Position numbers and translations under genes: made by a program
Shown here: in pieces, positions 42,086 to 54,446 of the stretch
Layout of the letters: each line of letters begins with the position of its first letter
How positions within the stretch are numbered: the stretch's first letter is position 1
Assembly (NCBI GenBank): GCA_951406725.2
Contig: OX597838.1
Location: forward strand, 14,198,001-14,262,000
DNA from: Octopus vulgaris
Taxonomy: Eukaryota
DNA length: 64,000 nt
Reading direction: 5' to 3'
The notes under the pieces: model-generated
The model's database searches: none
What the model saw: the letters and a program-made list of their open reading frames with translations, nothing else
What the model was told of the DNA's origin: nothing

Positions 42086-43097
42086 AAATACCTGTACATC
42101 ATCTCCAAACCTTCCAATATATATATATATATACATATATGTGTATGTATGTATGTATATAAGACATATATAGCTTTTTAGAATATATATATCTAATTAT
42201 TCTTTTCTACAGTAATTCACAACACTAACTTCACTTACACATACACACACACACATTCACCTGTATGTATACACACACACATACACACTCACACAATTAT
42301 CAAAACACATAGTGATGTCAATAAGGAAAGAAACAGTCGTGTTAATAAAATCAAAGATATTAACACTAACAGCACACTACACCAGCCTCTCTCTCTCTCT
42401 CTCTTTCTTTCTCTCTCTTTTTCTCTTTCTCTTTTTCTCTCTCCCTATTTCTCTCTCTCTCTCTCTCTGTCTGTCTGTCTGTCTCTCTTTTTCTCTTTCT
42501 CTTTTTCTCTCTCCCTATTTCTCTCTCTCTCTCTCTGTCTATCTATCTCTCTCTCACTATCTCTATGACACTATTTAACTCACTATCTATCTTCTCTCTC
42601 TCTCTCTCTCTCTTTTTCTCTCTCTCCCTCTTTCTCTCTCTCTTTTTCTCTCTCCTTATTTCTCTCTCTCTCTCATTCTCTCTGTCTCTCTCCCCCCTCT
42701 CGCTCTCTCTCACTATCTCTATGACACTATTTAACTCTCTCTATCTTTCCCCCTCTCTCATCTCTATCCTTATCTCTCTTACTGTCTCCTTCTCAATCGT
42801 CCTCATCACCCAGTCTCCCAGTCTTTATCTCTTTTTTTAACATCCTTGACTCCATCCCCCATCTCTCTCTCCATCCCCCCATCTCTCTCTCTCCCCTCCT
42901 TCTTTCACTCCACAATAACTGCACAACACCACCACCATGGTTCGAACCAGCATCATTTCCGATACCTATGATGTCATTCCTCTTCCTTCCCTCACTCCTC
43001 TACCATTTACCATTTACACAGCCAAGGAAAGAAAAAACACTAAGCAGTTGTTAATTGGCTAGAAACAGCAGTCAAATTCCCCTTAAATCTTTAAAAA

Positions 43098-43180
<83 letters not shown>

Positions 43181-43192
43181 CGATAATGATGA

Positions 43193-43226
<34 letters not shown>

Positions 43227-43798
43227 GATGATGATGACGATAATGATGATGAAGAAGGCATTAGATAATTTTTACCTCAGACACATTACACCTATCTGAA
43301 TAAAAGACGGTCACAGCTGGAACAATTTTAATCCTGGGTCTGATGGAACTGGGCTAACTTAGGGTTAAACAAGAATCATTAAAGAACTGCTGTTACAAAA
43401 CTACTCCATACACTGTTGTCTAACACAAAGTTGTACAGAGAGTCCACAGTCTCTGTATATTCTGAAGAACTTACTGCAGATGGATAGACAGAGACAGGTT
43501 TCAGGAAAATATTAGTGGAATTATAGCAGACCATATAGGATTGGGTTTCTTCAACTGGTTTTTAATTTTGGATAATACCTTCCTCAATATATATATGTGC
43601 ATGTGTGTCCGTGTGTGTGTATGTGTGTGAGTGTATGTATGTATGTATGTATGTATGTATGTATGTATGTGTGTATGTATGTATATATATGTATGTATGT
43701 ATGTGTGTATATATACATATATACATACATATATATATATATATATATAATTAATTACATCCGTGATCAATATAGTGACCACTCTCTTATATTTATTT

Positions 43799-43879
<81 letters not shown>

Positions 43880-44041
43880 CACACACAAATAAATACATAA
43901 TAATGCACATATATAAACACATAGATTGTACATAGATATCTACACACAAACACACACACATTTATATTTTCATACATACATACACACACACACATATATC
44001 TATATGCATTTATGCATATGCTCTCTCTCTCCCTCTCTCTG

Positions 44042-44157
<116 letters not shown>

Positions 44158-44469
44158 TACATATATATATACATATATATATAAATGAATAGATATATAT
44201 ATAATGTGTGTGTGTATATGTATGTGTGAATGTGTATGCATGTTATGTTGCTATGTATATATATACATGTGTATATAACACACGCACACATATACCCATA
44301 GGCACAAACATAAATGCATGCATATGTACTGAGCAATTTAAACCTCAAAGCCATTATCCCCATGGCGCCTATATCCCCAAGGCTACTACTACTACTACAA
44401 CTACTACTACTATTACTACTACTACTACAACCACTACTGTCACATTTACTCTTAGGATATTAGGTTTAA

Positions 44470-44585
44470 TAATTACATGTTTCTGATGAGTTTACAGCAA
44501 GTGTGCATTATGTAATTTGCAATTTTGCATTATGGAACCAATAATCACCTTATGCTAATGAAACGCATGTAAGACGGTGTAATTA
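44470..44585 (+). ncRNA. Type-I hammerhead ribozyme motif, complete core, extended stem I
   Basis: TAATTACA-TGTTT pairs with AGACG-g-TGTAATTA (stem I). CTGATGA at 44483-44489; long imperfect stem II; GAAAC-GCAT-GTA. Predicted cleavage after A44571. Confidence 0.75.
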
Positions 44586-44669
44586 AATGCCTTATAAACA
44601 ACCTCTAATGTTTCGTATACTTTTCTATATACATATATACATACACAAATACAAAAACATACATACACC

Positions 44670-45430
44670 CATCATCATCGTTTAACATCCGTTTTCGATG
44701 CTGGTAGGGCTTGGACGGTTTGACCAGATCTGCTAAGGCTAGGGGCTGCACCAGGCTCTATTTTCTGTTTTGGCATGGTTTCTACAGTTTGATGCTTCTC
44801 CTAATGCAAACCATTCCACAGAAAGTATTGAGTGCTTTCAATATGGCACCAACAGGAGTTCTTTTTTTTTTTGTGGCACCGGCACCAGTATCAATTCTGC
44901 TGTGGTGGGTAGGTTTTCCAAAAATCTTGGTCCTTAGTCATTTCTTTTGTAAGGCTCAGTGTCTTGAGATCAGTTTTCAGTACTTCATCCTATATCTTCC
45001 TGGGTCTCCCTAACACACACACACACACACACATGTATGTATCATCATCATTATCTAATGTCTGTCTGCCATGCTGGCATGAGTTGGATGGTTTGACAAG
45101 AGCTGGCAAGTCAGAAGACTGCACCAAGCTTTATTGTCTGATTCGGCTTGGTTTCTACAGCTGGCTGCCCTTCCTAATGCCAACCACTTTACAGAGGGTG
45201 TTCGGTGCTTTTTACGTGGCGCCGCTACGGCTAGGTCACCAAGTAGCTTGCAAGATAAGACTCCCTCAACTGAGTAGGGCGAAATATTAGGGGAGGTGGT
45301 TTTGTGCCAGGTGATGAGGGATTAGAATATGATGGAGGGACAGAAACAAGTGCCTTGCCATAAAGGAGATACATGGTTATCCGAGTTGGGAGAAGAGAGT
45401 GAGAGAGAGAGAGAGAGAGAAGATGGTGAA
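44670..45430 (-). mobile_element. Two diverged RTE-tailed repeat copies
   Basis: (CAT)n start on the plus strand plus hallmark motif. Confidence 0.65.
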
Positions 45431-45550
45431 GTGAACATAGGTGAAGGAAGAGAGGAATGTTAGGAAGATGTGCTGTGGGGAAAGGTGCACAAGCATGAAT
45501 GACCATGTCTTAAGGATCTAAATTTTACTTAGATGGATGGGTCTCCTCAA

Positions 45551-45715
45551 CATTATGTACATTATTTATATTATTTACATTCGATGGATACTTGTCCTCA
45601 TCTTGTTTGTTGTTAACACAACCTTTTGGCTGATATACCCTCCGGCCTTCTTCGGGTGTCTTCGGTAAATAATGTAAATAATGTACATGATTCCTCATCA
45701 CTCTTAAATATAGAA
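45551..45715 (-). mobile_element. Short element with inverted ends and a decayed hammerhead (45616-45659)
   Basis: Ends ATTATGTACATTATTT and AAATAATGTACATGAT; minus strand reads ACAC-CCGAAGA-A-GGCCG..CAGCC-AAAAGG-TT-GTGT. Confidence 0.45.
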
Positions 45716-45748
45716 ATTGCCAACCATCTTTGTCATCTCTGTGAAGCT

Positions 45749-45786
<38 letters not shown>

Positions 45787-45879
45787 GGCAAATGAAAGAC
45801 GGAATATGGAATATATGAGGATTTATTATTAATCACAACAATTGTTTCAACACATCTACCAGGTGTAAACCATTCATTT

Positions 45880-45923
<44 letters not shown>

Positions 45924-46075
45924 ACACAAATATATAGATATATATACATATATATATACACACATATGTATGTATATTATATATATTTATATATTGCATT
46001 TTTATATATATTTATATATATATATATATATATATTTATATACATGCAAGCATATATTTATATTATTATTTACAT

Positions 46076-46115
<40 letters not shown>

Positions 46116-46583
46116 TCTTATTTACATGCACATATATACATAACACACACATACATACATATATATGCAGTTATATTATGTCTATTTACATACACATATA
46201 TATGCACACATACTCACACACTCACACACAAACACACACCAACAAATATAGGATACATCCTTAGCAAGCAAAACCACATCGGTTTCACTTAATGTCCTTA
46301 GTGAAAGCCATTTAAATATTGCTTATTGTATTTAGTTTGGTGGATGGAGTTATCTCTTCATCACACCTTTACTGCATTTCATTTTCCCCCCATACATATA
46401 TATATATATATATTTTTAAATCTGACACACACGGGTTGGATTGAAATTCACAAATTGTCTGTGAGCTGAACTGATGAGATAAGATACTGAAGCTTGTGTT
46501 TGCAGATGATAGCAAATATACAGAAGCAAGAATACAGAATGCTAAACTTTCATTAAATTCAACCTTTCACTCAAAGTTTTACG

Positions 46584-46814
46584 TTAACCCTTTTGTTACC
46601 ATATTTCTGTTGAGATGCTCTGTGTTTCTTTCAATTAATTTCAAAATATAACAAAGAATTTAGTAAAATAACTTAGTTATCATTAAGCTAGTGTTAGGAA
46701 CATAAATTGTAACTAAGGTTTGGTGGAAGATTTTAATTCAAAACTTTTGAAAACAAGACATTTGTACTACAGAGCCAGGAGTGGTTTCAGGCAGGATGGT
46801 ATCGAAAGGGTTAA
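46584..46814. mobile_element. piggyBac-like MITE
   Basis: TTAACCCTTTTGTTACCAT / ATGGTATCGAAAGGGTTAA; diverged inverted relative at about 6120-6348. Confidence 0.7.
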
Positions 46815-47199
46815 ACTATGAATTATTTCTGTTATCCTAAAAAGCAACAAGGGTGAACTATCATTACCACACGAAAAACTAGGAAACTAGGAAGGAAGAA
46901 ACGTTATCTCATGTGATACCATGTGATCACATGACTGACCAGGCTATTAGATGTTGTTACACATCGCTGGTCACAATGTGCTTTGCATTGTTTTAGCTTT
47001 CAAATGATGCCACCCTGCTGGCTAAGCAAGCAGGTCAACATCCCACCCCACCATCGAAAGGAGGACTGGAGCAACATGAAATGAAATGTTTTGCTCAAAA
47101 ACACAATGTGCTGCCCAGTTAGGGAATTGAACCTATGATCTAGTGATCATGAGTACAACAGCCTAACCACTAGGCCATATTGATGTCAGTTATGATACA

Positions 47200-48020
47200 C
47201 TGATTTCAAATTTAGGCACATGGCCAGTAATTTTGGGTAAGGGGGTACATCAATTACATCAACCACAGTGTTTGACTGGTAACTACTTTGTTGACCCCAA
47301 AAGGATGAAAAGCAAAGCCAACGTTGGTGGAATTTGAACTCAGAACATAAACTTGGAAGAAATGGCGCTAAGCATTTTTCCCAATGCAATAATGATTCTA
47401 CCAGCTCATCGCCCTATGAAATAGAATATATTGGTTCCAAATTTTGGCACAAGACCAGCAATTTCATGTGAGGTAATAAGTCGATTACATTGACCCCACC
47501 GTATTCAACAGGTACTTAATTTATTGACCCTGAAAGGATGAAAGCAAAGTCTACCTTGGTAGCATTTGAATTCAGAAAAGCCAGAAGAGTTGCTACTAAG
47601 AAATGTTCCAGGTGTGGTAACAATTCAGCCAGCTCACTTTCTTACAAAATGACAGGAATAATGTTAGACTCTATTCTGGATCCAGTATTCAAAGTACAAA
47701 GACCTCTGTCCTCATTTTTGATGGTAAACAACCCTATTTGTTGTTGGTCGGTTGGTGATGGGTCCTGTGTATATATTAGATTAATTCTGCAGTACAACAC
47801 ATCTTGGTTTCATTATTATGAAGTAAAACTAAGGCAATGAGATGGCAGCATTGTTAACACCAGCAAAATGCTCAGTGGCATTTTGTCTGTCTTCGTGTTC
47901 CGAGTTCAAATGCCGCCGAGTTCGAATTTGGCCTTTCATCCTTTCAGGCTCAATAAAATAAGTACCACTGGGGTCAATGCAATCAACTACTGCCCTGCCC
48001 AAAATTGCAGGCCTATACTT
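47200..48020. mobile_element. Three SINE family M copies (47200-47415 minus, 47430-47640 minus, 47830-48020 plus)
   Basis: Central-domain similarity. Confidence 0.75.
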
Positions 48021-48168
48021 ACTATCAGATAAAGTTGTAGAAAAAAAAGATTTTTGGTAATAAATTAAATAAAAAAATTTGGGCACTAATGGGTTAAAGT
48101 TGCTAATTTTTTACAAAACTCTTTGCAGCTTTAATAAAAGTATATTACTCTACTTTTGGTATTTGTGT

Positions 48169-48230
<62 letters not shown>

Positions 48231-48231
<1 letters not shown>

Positions 48232-48303
48232 TATGCTGACGATCTTGCAGATATCTGCGTGTTTGCATGTGTAGATATTAACAAGTGAAACCATGGTACG
48301 TAG
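48231..48303 (+). ncRNA. Minimal type-I hammerhead ribozyme motif with palindromic stem III
   Basis: Stem I CTATG/CGTAG; core CTGACGA; stem II CTTG..ATATCTGC/GTAGATAT..CAAG (U-U at the first position); GAAAC-CATG-GTA containing the palindrome ACCATGGT. Predicted cleavage after A48298. Confidence 0.8.
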
Positions 48304-48583
48304 GTAATAGTTTTTAATTTTGTATATTTTCATTTGTTATGCTCATTTTTACATTTTGGCGTTTTGTTGAGGTCTTTTCTTGAGAACACATACATCGTGG
48401 TAATGGCGATTTGACGTCTATGTTTAGCATATTAGGTGTCCACTTCAGTGGTCATTCCTCTTAATTTTGTATGTAACACAATTTTTATTCTTCAGATTTT
48501 TTAAATATGCTAAGCCACTGGTTTTAATTGATTAGCATCAATTTCTACCCTTATTATTTAATTTCATATATACATACATATAT

Positions 48584-48619
<36 letters not shown>

Positions 48620-48783
48620 GTGTATATATATATACTGTCAGAACAACCAGATTTTAGTCAGTCAGTGGACTCTACTACCTCAAATGTTCTTAACATTTAA
48701 ATCCATATCTTTGTCTATGTATCTACCTTCTCTATAATATTGCCACTTGATTTGAAAATTTTTGTATTAATGGAAAACCTCTA

Positions 48784-48876
48784 TAATTGGCTGATGATTA
48801 CTCAGCATCTTAAATCTGTTGTAATACTTACAACATTTAATAAAATGATGTAGTATGAAACGATTGTACCAAATTA
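48784..48876 (+). ncRNA. Minimal type-I hammerhead ribozyme motif
   Basis: Stem I TAA-TTGG/CCAA-a-TTA; core CTGATGA at 48791-48797; long stem II (TACT/AGTA, CATC/GATG, TTAAAT/ATTTAA, TGTTGTAA/TTACAACA); GAAAC-GATT-GTA. Predicted cleavage after A48868. Confidence 0.8.
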
Positions 48877-48904
48877 CCAAAGTCATTCTTGTTGCTTATT
48901 TTGA

Positions 48905-48937
<33 letters not shown>

Positions 48938-48970
48938 TGAGAAAGTTGGTTTGTGAAAGCACGTGGTTGA

Positions 48971-49177
48971 ATATATAGAAAATAGTAAAAGTGAAAAAAC
49001 TACAGAAGGCTTGTTTTAAAAGGTTAAAAAATATATATTTGAGTCAATATGTCTGAAGAATGTTATAAATTTTTTCTTACAATGACATTCTTCAGACATA
49101 TTGACTCAAATATATATTTTTTAACCTTTTAAAACAAGCCTTTTGTAGTTTTTTCACTTTTTACTATTTTCTATATA
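48971..49177. repeat. Near-perfect palindrome with ~93-bp arms and a ~21-nt spacer
   Basis: 48971-49063 is nearly the exact reverse complement of 49085-49177. Confidence 0.9.
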
Positions 49178-49327
49178 TATATATATATATATATATTTAC
49201 AAAACTAAGTTGATTTGAAACAAAAAGTAGTTTCTATTTTCGCCCAGCTTTAGCACAATTTGGCCTTCAATAGTTTCACTAAGTTCTAAACTTTGAGATC
49301 AAATCAATGTAAAATCCACCAGTATAT

Positions 49328-49720
49328 GGGATGGATGGAAGCACTCCGTCGGTTACGACGACGAGGGTTCCGGTTGATCCGATCAACGGAACAGCCTGCT
49401 CGTGAAATTAACGTGTAAGTGGCTGAGCACTCCACAGACACGTGTACCCTTAACGCAGTTCTCGGGGATATTCAGCGTGACACAGAGAGTGACAAGGCCG
49501 GCCCTTTGAAATACAGGTACAACAGAAACAGGAAGTAAGAGTGAGAGAAAGTTGTGGTGAAAGAGTACAGCAGGGATCACCACCACCCCCTGCCGGAACC
49601 TCGTGGAGCTTTTAGGTGTTTTCGCTCAATAAACACTCACAACGCCCGGTCTGGGAATCGAAACCGCGATCCTACGACCGCGAATCCGCTGCCCTAACCA
49701 CTGGGCCATTGCGCCTCCAC
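49328..49720 (-). mobile_element. tRNA-derived SINE family C, full length, perfect 12-bp TSD CCACCAGTATAT
   Basis: Head GGAGGCGCAATGGCCCAGTGGTTAGG..GGTTTCGATTCCC; CpGs intact; TSD at 49316-49327 and 49721-49732. Confidence 0.9.
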
Positions 49721-49807
49721 CCACCAGTATATATACATCTTAGCTAAAAGAAGGCAGCAATAAGAAGAGGTCAAATAAATATTGTGAAAAAGCAAAAGCC
49801 TACTTAC

Positions 49808-50418
49808 CAAAACAAGTATGAACTCTGGTGGTATAATGACCGGCAGCAGAAAGAGTTTGGTGAGGTCGTCCAATACCTCTTTTGATGAAAGAATTTTCGC
49901 TGGTGGTAGTGATTTCAATGAGGATAAAGATGAGGATGTTGATGATTCTGACGATGGGGTTGTTAATGGTAGTGATGTATTCCAATCTTGTACAGGATCA
50001 GATGAATTTCCCTTGTAGCCCGGTTTGCCCTGGGAGGGTTTACGAATGCTGGTTCTGAGACTACGGCGGCGGCGCCTTGCTGGCAGTTTGTTGCCAGGTT
50101 TGGCTCTCTGGTGGGCAGCTGGGTACCTCGTTGACCTGAGAAGACGGATCAGAACGCTGGGGCTGGGTCCATCGAGGTCCTTCTTTGATGTATGCACCCA
50201 TATTCCTCGTTGCGGTGTAGAAAGGAACTCCTGCTGCGACTTCAATCTCTGCTGTTGTTGCCGTTTCTCGTATTCAGACATCGTGTGCTCATGTCGGCTG
50301 AGGGCGTGTCGCTTCCGATTACCACTGACCGAAGACGTCACATGCTGGGTTCGGTTCTTGGTATCATGGCCAGTACCTCTGTGACTGTTGGTGAGGACAT
50401 TCTTCAGTATACTATCAC
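49808..50418 (-). CDS. Coding exon 2 (611 nt) of the same precursor: basic, dibasic-site-rich region, Ser/Thr-rich linker, hydrophobic end
   Basis: Non-repetitive, GC-richer open frame between acceptor tatatttctcattgtag|GT and donor TTTTG|GTAAGT. 106+611=717 nt = 239 codons in frame. Contains RKR, KR, KK, RRRRR and N-x-S/T sites (NRT, NSS, NTS). Confidence 0.75.
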
Positions 50419-50474
50419 CTACAATGAGAAATATAATATACGTGACAGGAAATGAAACTAATAATAATAATAAT

Positions 50475-51137
50475 TCTTTTGAATTTGGCACAAGGCCTGT
50501 AATTTCGAGGAAATCAATTATGTCAACCCCAGTACTCAACTGGTACTTAATTTATCAACTCCAAAAGGACGAAAGGCAAAGTTGACCTCAGCAGCATTTG
50601 TATTCAGAACGTAAAGAGCTAGAAGAGATGCCGTTAACCATTTTGTCCAGCATGGCAATGATTCTTCCAGCAGACTCACCTCAAAACTAATAATAATGAT
50701 AATGGTTTCAAATTTTGACACAAAGCCAGCAATATTGGGAGGGGGAGTGGTTAAGTCAATTAGATCAGCCTCATTGTTCAACTGGTACTTATTCTATCAA
50801 CCCCGAAAAGATGAAAAGCAAATTTGATCCCAGTGGCATCTGAACCCAGAATGTAAAGACAGACGAAATGCCGCTAAACATTTTCCCAGTATGCTAACAA
50901 TTCTGCCAGCTTCCTGCCTCACTAATAATCCTTTCTATCATAGACACAAGGCCTGAAATTTAAGGGAAGGGGCTAATCAATTACATTGAACCCAGTACTC
51001 CAATGGTACTTCATTGACCCCCAAAGGATGAAAAGCAAAGTCGACCTCAGCAGAATTTGAACTCAGAATGTATGACAGACCAAATGCTGCTAAGCATTTT
51101 GTCTGCCGTGCTAATGATTCTGCCAGTTTGCTGCCTT
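50475..51137 (-). mobile_element. Three head-to-tail diverged SINE family M copies next to the exon 2 acceptor
   Basis: Each has a head, central domain and (TTA)n-like tail. Confidence 0.8.
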
Positions 51138-51160
51138 TGCAGCCCTTCTAACAATAATAC

Positions 51161-51794
51161 TATGAAGGGAAGTCAAAAATTATCCGCACTTTCCCCATAA
51201 CGTATCTTCATTATTGTCACACTGTCTTCTGTGCATGTGTGCTTACAGTTGGTATTATTGTGGTCAAGTGAGCCTGATTGTGCCATTTTCCTTTCTGGCT
51301 TTACAGTGTAAGCATGGCCATGCCACCAGCCATGAGCACCAAAGAAGAACAAAGAGCAGTGATTCAATCAACAGTGCAAAGATACAGTGCTTTGCTGGGC
51401 AACAAACTGAAGCTAGCAATTCACACCAAATGCTGAAACCTATTGTCAAAGAAAGTTTTGTTGTCGCATGACAACACATGCCCACACATGGCTGCCCAGA
51501 GCTTTGAAATCATTAACCGATTGGGTTTTGAGGTGTTGGAACATCCTGCCTATAGCCCAGATCTTGCCTCTTCCGACTATCATATCTTTGGACTGCTCAA
51601 AGATGGTTTACAAGATCATCAATTTCCTAAGGATGAAGATGTGAAGGAAGTAGTGGAGGGAGAGAATTCGCCGGACCAAGTGCATTGAAAAAGAAGGAGA
51701 CTATTTAGAAAAATGATGTGCTTGTTTATCCCCTGCTTTCGTGTAAATGCATCGAAAAAACAAGAGTGCATATAATTTTTGACTCTCCTTCGCA
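51161..51794 (+). mobile_element. Internally deleted mariner element with ~28-bp ITRs
   Basis: ITRs TATGAAGGGAAGTCAAAAATTATCCGCA and TGCATATAATTTTTGACTCTCCTTCGCA; internal HDN..HPAYSPDLASSDYHIFG. Confidence 0.85.
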
Positions 51795-51982
51795 ATATCC
51801 ACACACCCAGTTCCCACCCCTAACAATAACTCATAGAGCACATACGTAACACAATCAGCATCTGTTAACAACACATACAGTACATAATACACACCTGAGA
51901 TTGTATCACATACCACGTTCCCCCATCAATTCATATTCAACACAATTACTACCCAATAATACAACCTACACAGTATATACCT

Positions 51983-52213
51983 ATTTCTTTACTACCCACA
52001 AAGGGCTAAACACAGAGCGGACAAACAAGGACAGACATAGGTATTAAGTCGATTACATCGACCCCAGTGCATAACTGGTACTTAATTTATCGACCCCGAA
52101 AGGATGAAAGGCAAAGTCGACCTCGGCGGAATTTGAACTCAGAACATAACGGCAGACGAAATACCGCTAAGCATTTCGCCTGACGTGCTAGCATTTCTGC
52201 CAACTCGCCGCCT
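51983..52213 (-). mobile_element. SINE family M, young, flanked by direct repeat ACAGTATATACCT
   Basis: Repeat at 51970-51982 and 52220-52232. Confidence 0.85.
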
Positions 52214-52726
52214 CACAGTACAGTATATACCTCATACTAGAGCTTCTCAAGCTTTTTTTACCTACAGCCCCTTTATTTTTTATTAACACTTTTTTTGACA
52301 ACAACCCTCCTGTTCCTTGCTATGATTCAACATAATTAAGTCATTACATAACATTGCTGCCAACAGGTTGATTGCCTTTAGTGATAGGAAACTCTCAAGA
52401 GAGCAGAACAGTAGAAGGTCTCCAGAGGAAAAAACCTTGCTCAGGCAAGCGTTATGACCCTTAACTTTTTACACTGTAAAGGGGCCAGGCTGCATCCAGG
52501 TCATGACTCCTGGGTGTCCTTCCACAGATGGTTTTCAGCCACTTGCATATTGGGAACTTGTGCATTTCAACAACCTGGAGATTTCATCTGGTTGTAAACT
52601 CTTCTCTGTTGTTTCAAATGTATACTTAAAGAAGAAATAACATTGGTTGTCATGGTAGCGGTGAAATGTCAATGCTGTCACAATGTCTCAATCAGAGTTA
52701 CTTCCCTTAGCATTAAAACAAAAGTA

Positions 52727-53308
52727 TTTATTTCTTTATTGCCCATAGGGGGCTAAACATAAAGGGGACAAACAAGAACAGACAAAAAAAATTATTGTTT
52801 ACCTTTATTGCCCACAGGGGGCTAAACATAGAGGGGACAAACAAGGACAGACAAAAAAAATTATTGTTTACCTTCATTGCCCACAGGGGGCTAAACATAG
52901 AGGGGACAAACAAGGACAGACAAAAAAAAATTATTGTTTACTTTTATTGCCCACAGGGGGCTAAACATAGAGGGGACAAACAAGGACAGACAAAAAAAAT
53001 TATTGTTTACCTTCATTGCCCACAGGGGGCTAAACATAGAGGGGACAAACAAGGACAGACAAAAAAAATTATTGTTTACCTTTATTGCCCACAGGGAGCT
53101 AAACATAGAGAGGACAAACAAGGACAGACAAAAAAAAATTAAGTTGATTACATTGGGCCCAGTGTGTAACCGGTACTTATTTAATCGACCCTGAAAGGAT
53201 GAAAGGCAAAGCTGACCTCGGCAGAATTTGAACTCAGAACGTAACAGCAGATGAAATACCGCTAAGCATTTTGCCCAGCGTGCTAACAATTCTAACAGCT
53301 TGCTGCCC
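52727..53308 (-). mobile_element. SINE family M with its 3' tail amplified into ~6 copies of a 69-bp tandem repeat
   Basis: Unit ACCTTTATTGCCCACAGGGGGCTAAACATAGAGGGGACAAACAAGGACAGACAAAAAAAATTATTGTTT, about 52735-53140. Confidence 0.85.
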
Positions 53309-53829
53309 TTATAAAACAAAAATATTGCCTTCAAATGGTATGGAGATCATTTTTGTTCCTCTACGATAAGGTCCAGTTGGAACATCCCTCCAGAGTCTTT
53401 GATATCACCTTCAGGGCTTTGGTTCTGTTCTTGCCAGAGACTGTGAGTTGTTTCATTAGATTGTAAGCAGGTTTACCCACAAAATCTCTGGCCCCCAACC
53501 TATGTGGTGAGAACCCCTCACTCAGAAGAACTTTTACTTTGTTTTTGACTCTAAAATGGCGAAGGGCAAGGCTTCACTAGATATGAAATTTTACAATTTA
53601 GCATCCAAACCTTATTTTGGACATGTCCCTAGCAGTGTGCTGGCAAAGCATGTTCACTGCTTATGGCTACCATACATCATCTGTGGTAAATGGAGTTTGG
53701 TCATTGGATCTACATTAAGAATTCTTCAGTGCACATTGAGTACATTAATTTTCTATATATATATAGTTCTGTCTACCATCCGTTCCATCTGTCACCATGT
53801 CACCTTCAGTGTTCTTTACTCTCTTCACA

Positions 53830-54052
53830 TCTAATAATCCTTTCAAATAAAGGCACAAGCCCTGAAATTTCGGGGGGGGGGACTAGTTGATTACACTGAC
53901 TCCACTGTTTCACTGGTACTTCATTTATTAATCTCAAAAGGATGAAAGGCAAAGTTGACCTTGGTGGAATTGGAACTCGGAACGTCAAGGCGAATGAAAT
54001 GCCGCTAGTCATTTCACTCGATATGCGAACGTTTCTGCTAGCTCACCACCTT
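53830..54052 (-). mobile_element. SINE family M
   Basis: Central-domain similarity. Confidence 0.8.
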
Positions 54053-54446
54053 TAATAATAATAATAATAATAATAATGATAATAATAATAATAATAATAA
54101 AACCCTTCAAGGTGGTGCCCCAGCATAGCCACAGTCAAAAGACTGAAACAAGTTAAAGATAAGAAGATAAAAGATATATATATATATACATATTGCTTGC
54201 CAACCATGTGGTCTTAGGTTCAAGGTACCACTGCATGGTACCTTAAGCGAGTTTTTTTACTATAGTTTTGGGCTGATCAAAGCCTTGTGAGGGGATGTGG
54301 TAGACAGAAAGAAGACCATCGTGTGTGTTTGTGTTTCAATTTATTATGCAATTATGAAAGAGCTACTAATAGTTTCATGCTTTAATGATACTTTAAATAG
54401 GCAGATTTATACAAACATGTCATGTATCTCCAACCAATCTTTCAGG

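Noticed and set aside
43474-43556. Minus-strand GTAAGT donor with a short open frame
   Set aside because: No polypyrimidine acceptor and no phase match to exon 2.
49640-49718. tRNA gene
   Set aside because: It is the tRNA-derived head of a SINE, continuous with the SINE body and enclosed by TSDs.
49808-50418. Assignment of the gene to noggin/trunk or Cys-loop receptor families
   Set aside because: Only short, loose motif resemblance; the diagnostic cysteines and YD..RP motifs are not visible in the window.
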